This document shows positions 63,889 to 64,000 of a stretch of 64,000 nucleotides of DNA, in pieces. The stretch comes from a virus: positions 32,001-96,000 of the IMG/VR virus record IMGVR_UViG_3300032805_000001; one strand, given 5' to 3'. Position numbers and translations under genes: made by a program. Position 1 is the stretch's first letter; each line of letters begins with the position of its first letter. The notes under the pieces are model-generated. The model was not told the origin of the DNA. It searched no databases and saw only the letters and a list, made by a program, of their open reading frames with translations.

Positions 63889-64000
63889 ATGGCCAACGAC
63901 CACGCCACCCCAGTACCGCCCCGCGCGCTGTTCGTGCTGCGCGGTGGTGCCGGTACTGACGATGCGGTACCGGAGGCCAGTCCTGCGACACTACCGGCCC
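63889..64000 (+). CDS. 5' end of a gene running off the window
   Basis: GGAG upstream, ATG, open to the window end. Confidence 0.4.
   Translation, partial: MANDHATPVPPRALFVLRGGAGTDDAVPEASPATLPA

Larger units (their letters stand above)
1..64000. mobile_element. Temperate siphovirus-like actinophage (or prophage) segment
   Basis: Syntenic tail module (major tail, chaperone with frameshift, tape measure, minor tails), endolysin, integrases, cro/cI-like pair, ERF, VRR-NUC, HNH genes; no host core genes recognised. Confidence 0.93.

Noticed and set aside
1-64000. CRISPR array, diversity-generating retroelement or retron
   Set aside because: No regularly spaced repeat-spacer array, cas gene or reverse transcriptase motif recognised by eye.

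Overview
The whole window reads as part of a high-GC temperate long-tailed phage of a filamentous actinomycete; no host housekeeping gene was recognised. Layout: neck and tail morphogenesis (1-21.3 kb), a membrane-protein and lysis block (21.3-24.6 kb), a glycan-synthesis cluster (24.6-30.6 kb), a tyrosine recombinase, a papain-like protein, a large serine integrase with a candidate attP, a leftward early/replication/recombination operon (41.6-54 kb), a cro/cI-like switch, accessory genes, and a GntR(Kor)/Spd-like module resembling actinomycete conjugative elements (59.5-64 kb). Several structures are not visible in the ORF track. (1) A 3,453-bp element at 32846-36298 has symmetric IS21-type ends and a perfect 8-bp target duplication; its transposase is truncated and fused to a DNA-methyltransferase half, and it carries phage cargo. 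(2) An antisense tRNA-like RNA with an enlarged anticodon region lies at 1919-2035. (3) A programmed -1 frameshift occurs in the tail chaperone. (4) Several leaderless antisense morons interrupt the late operon. (5) A minimal VIT1/CCC1 protein sits in the lysis block. (6) The phage encodes BldC-like and BldB/DUF397-like proteins. All family calls come from recognising motifs by eye, not from database searches.
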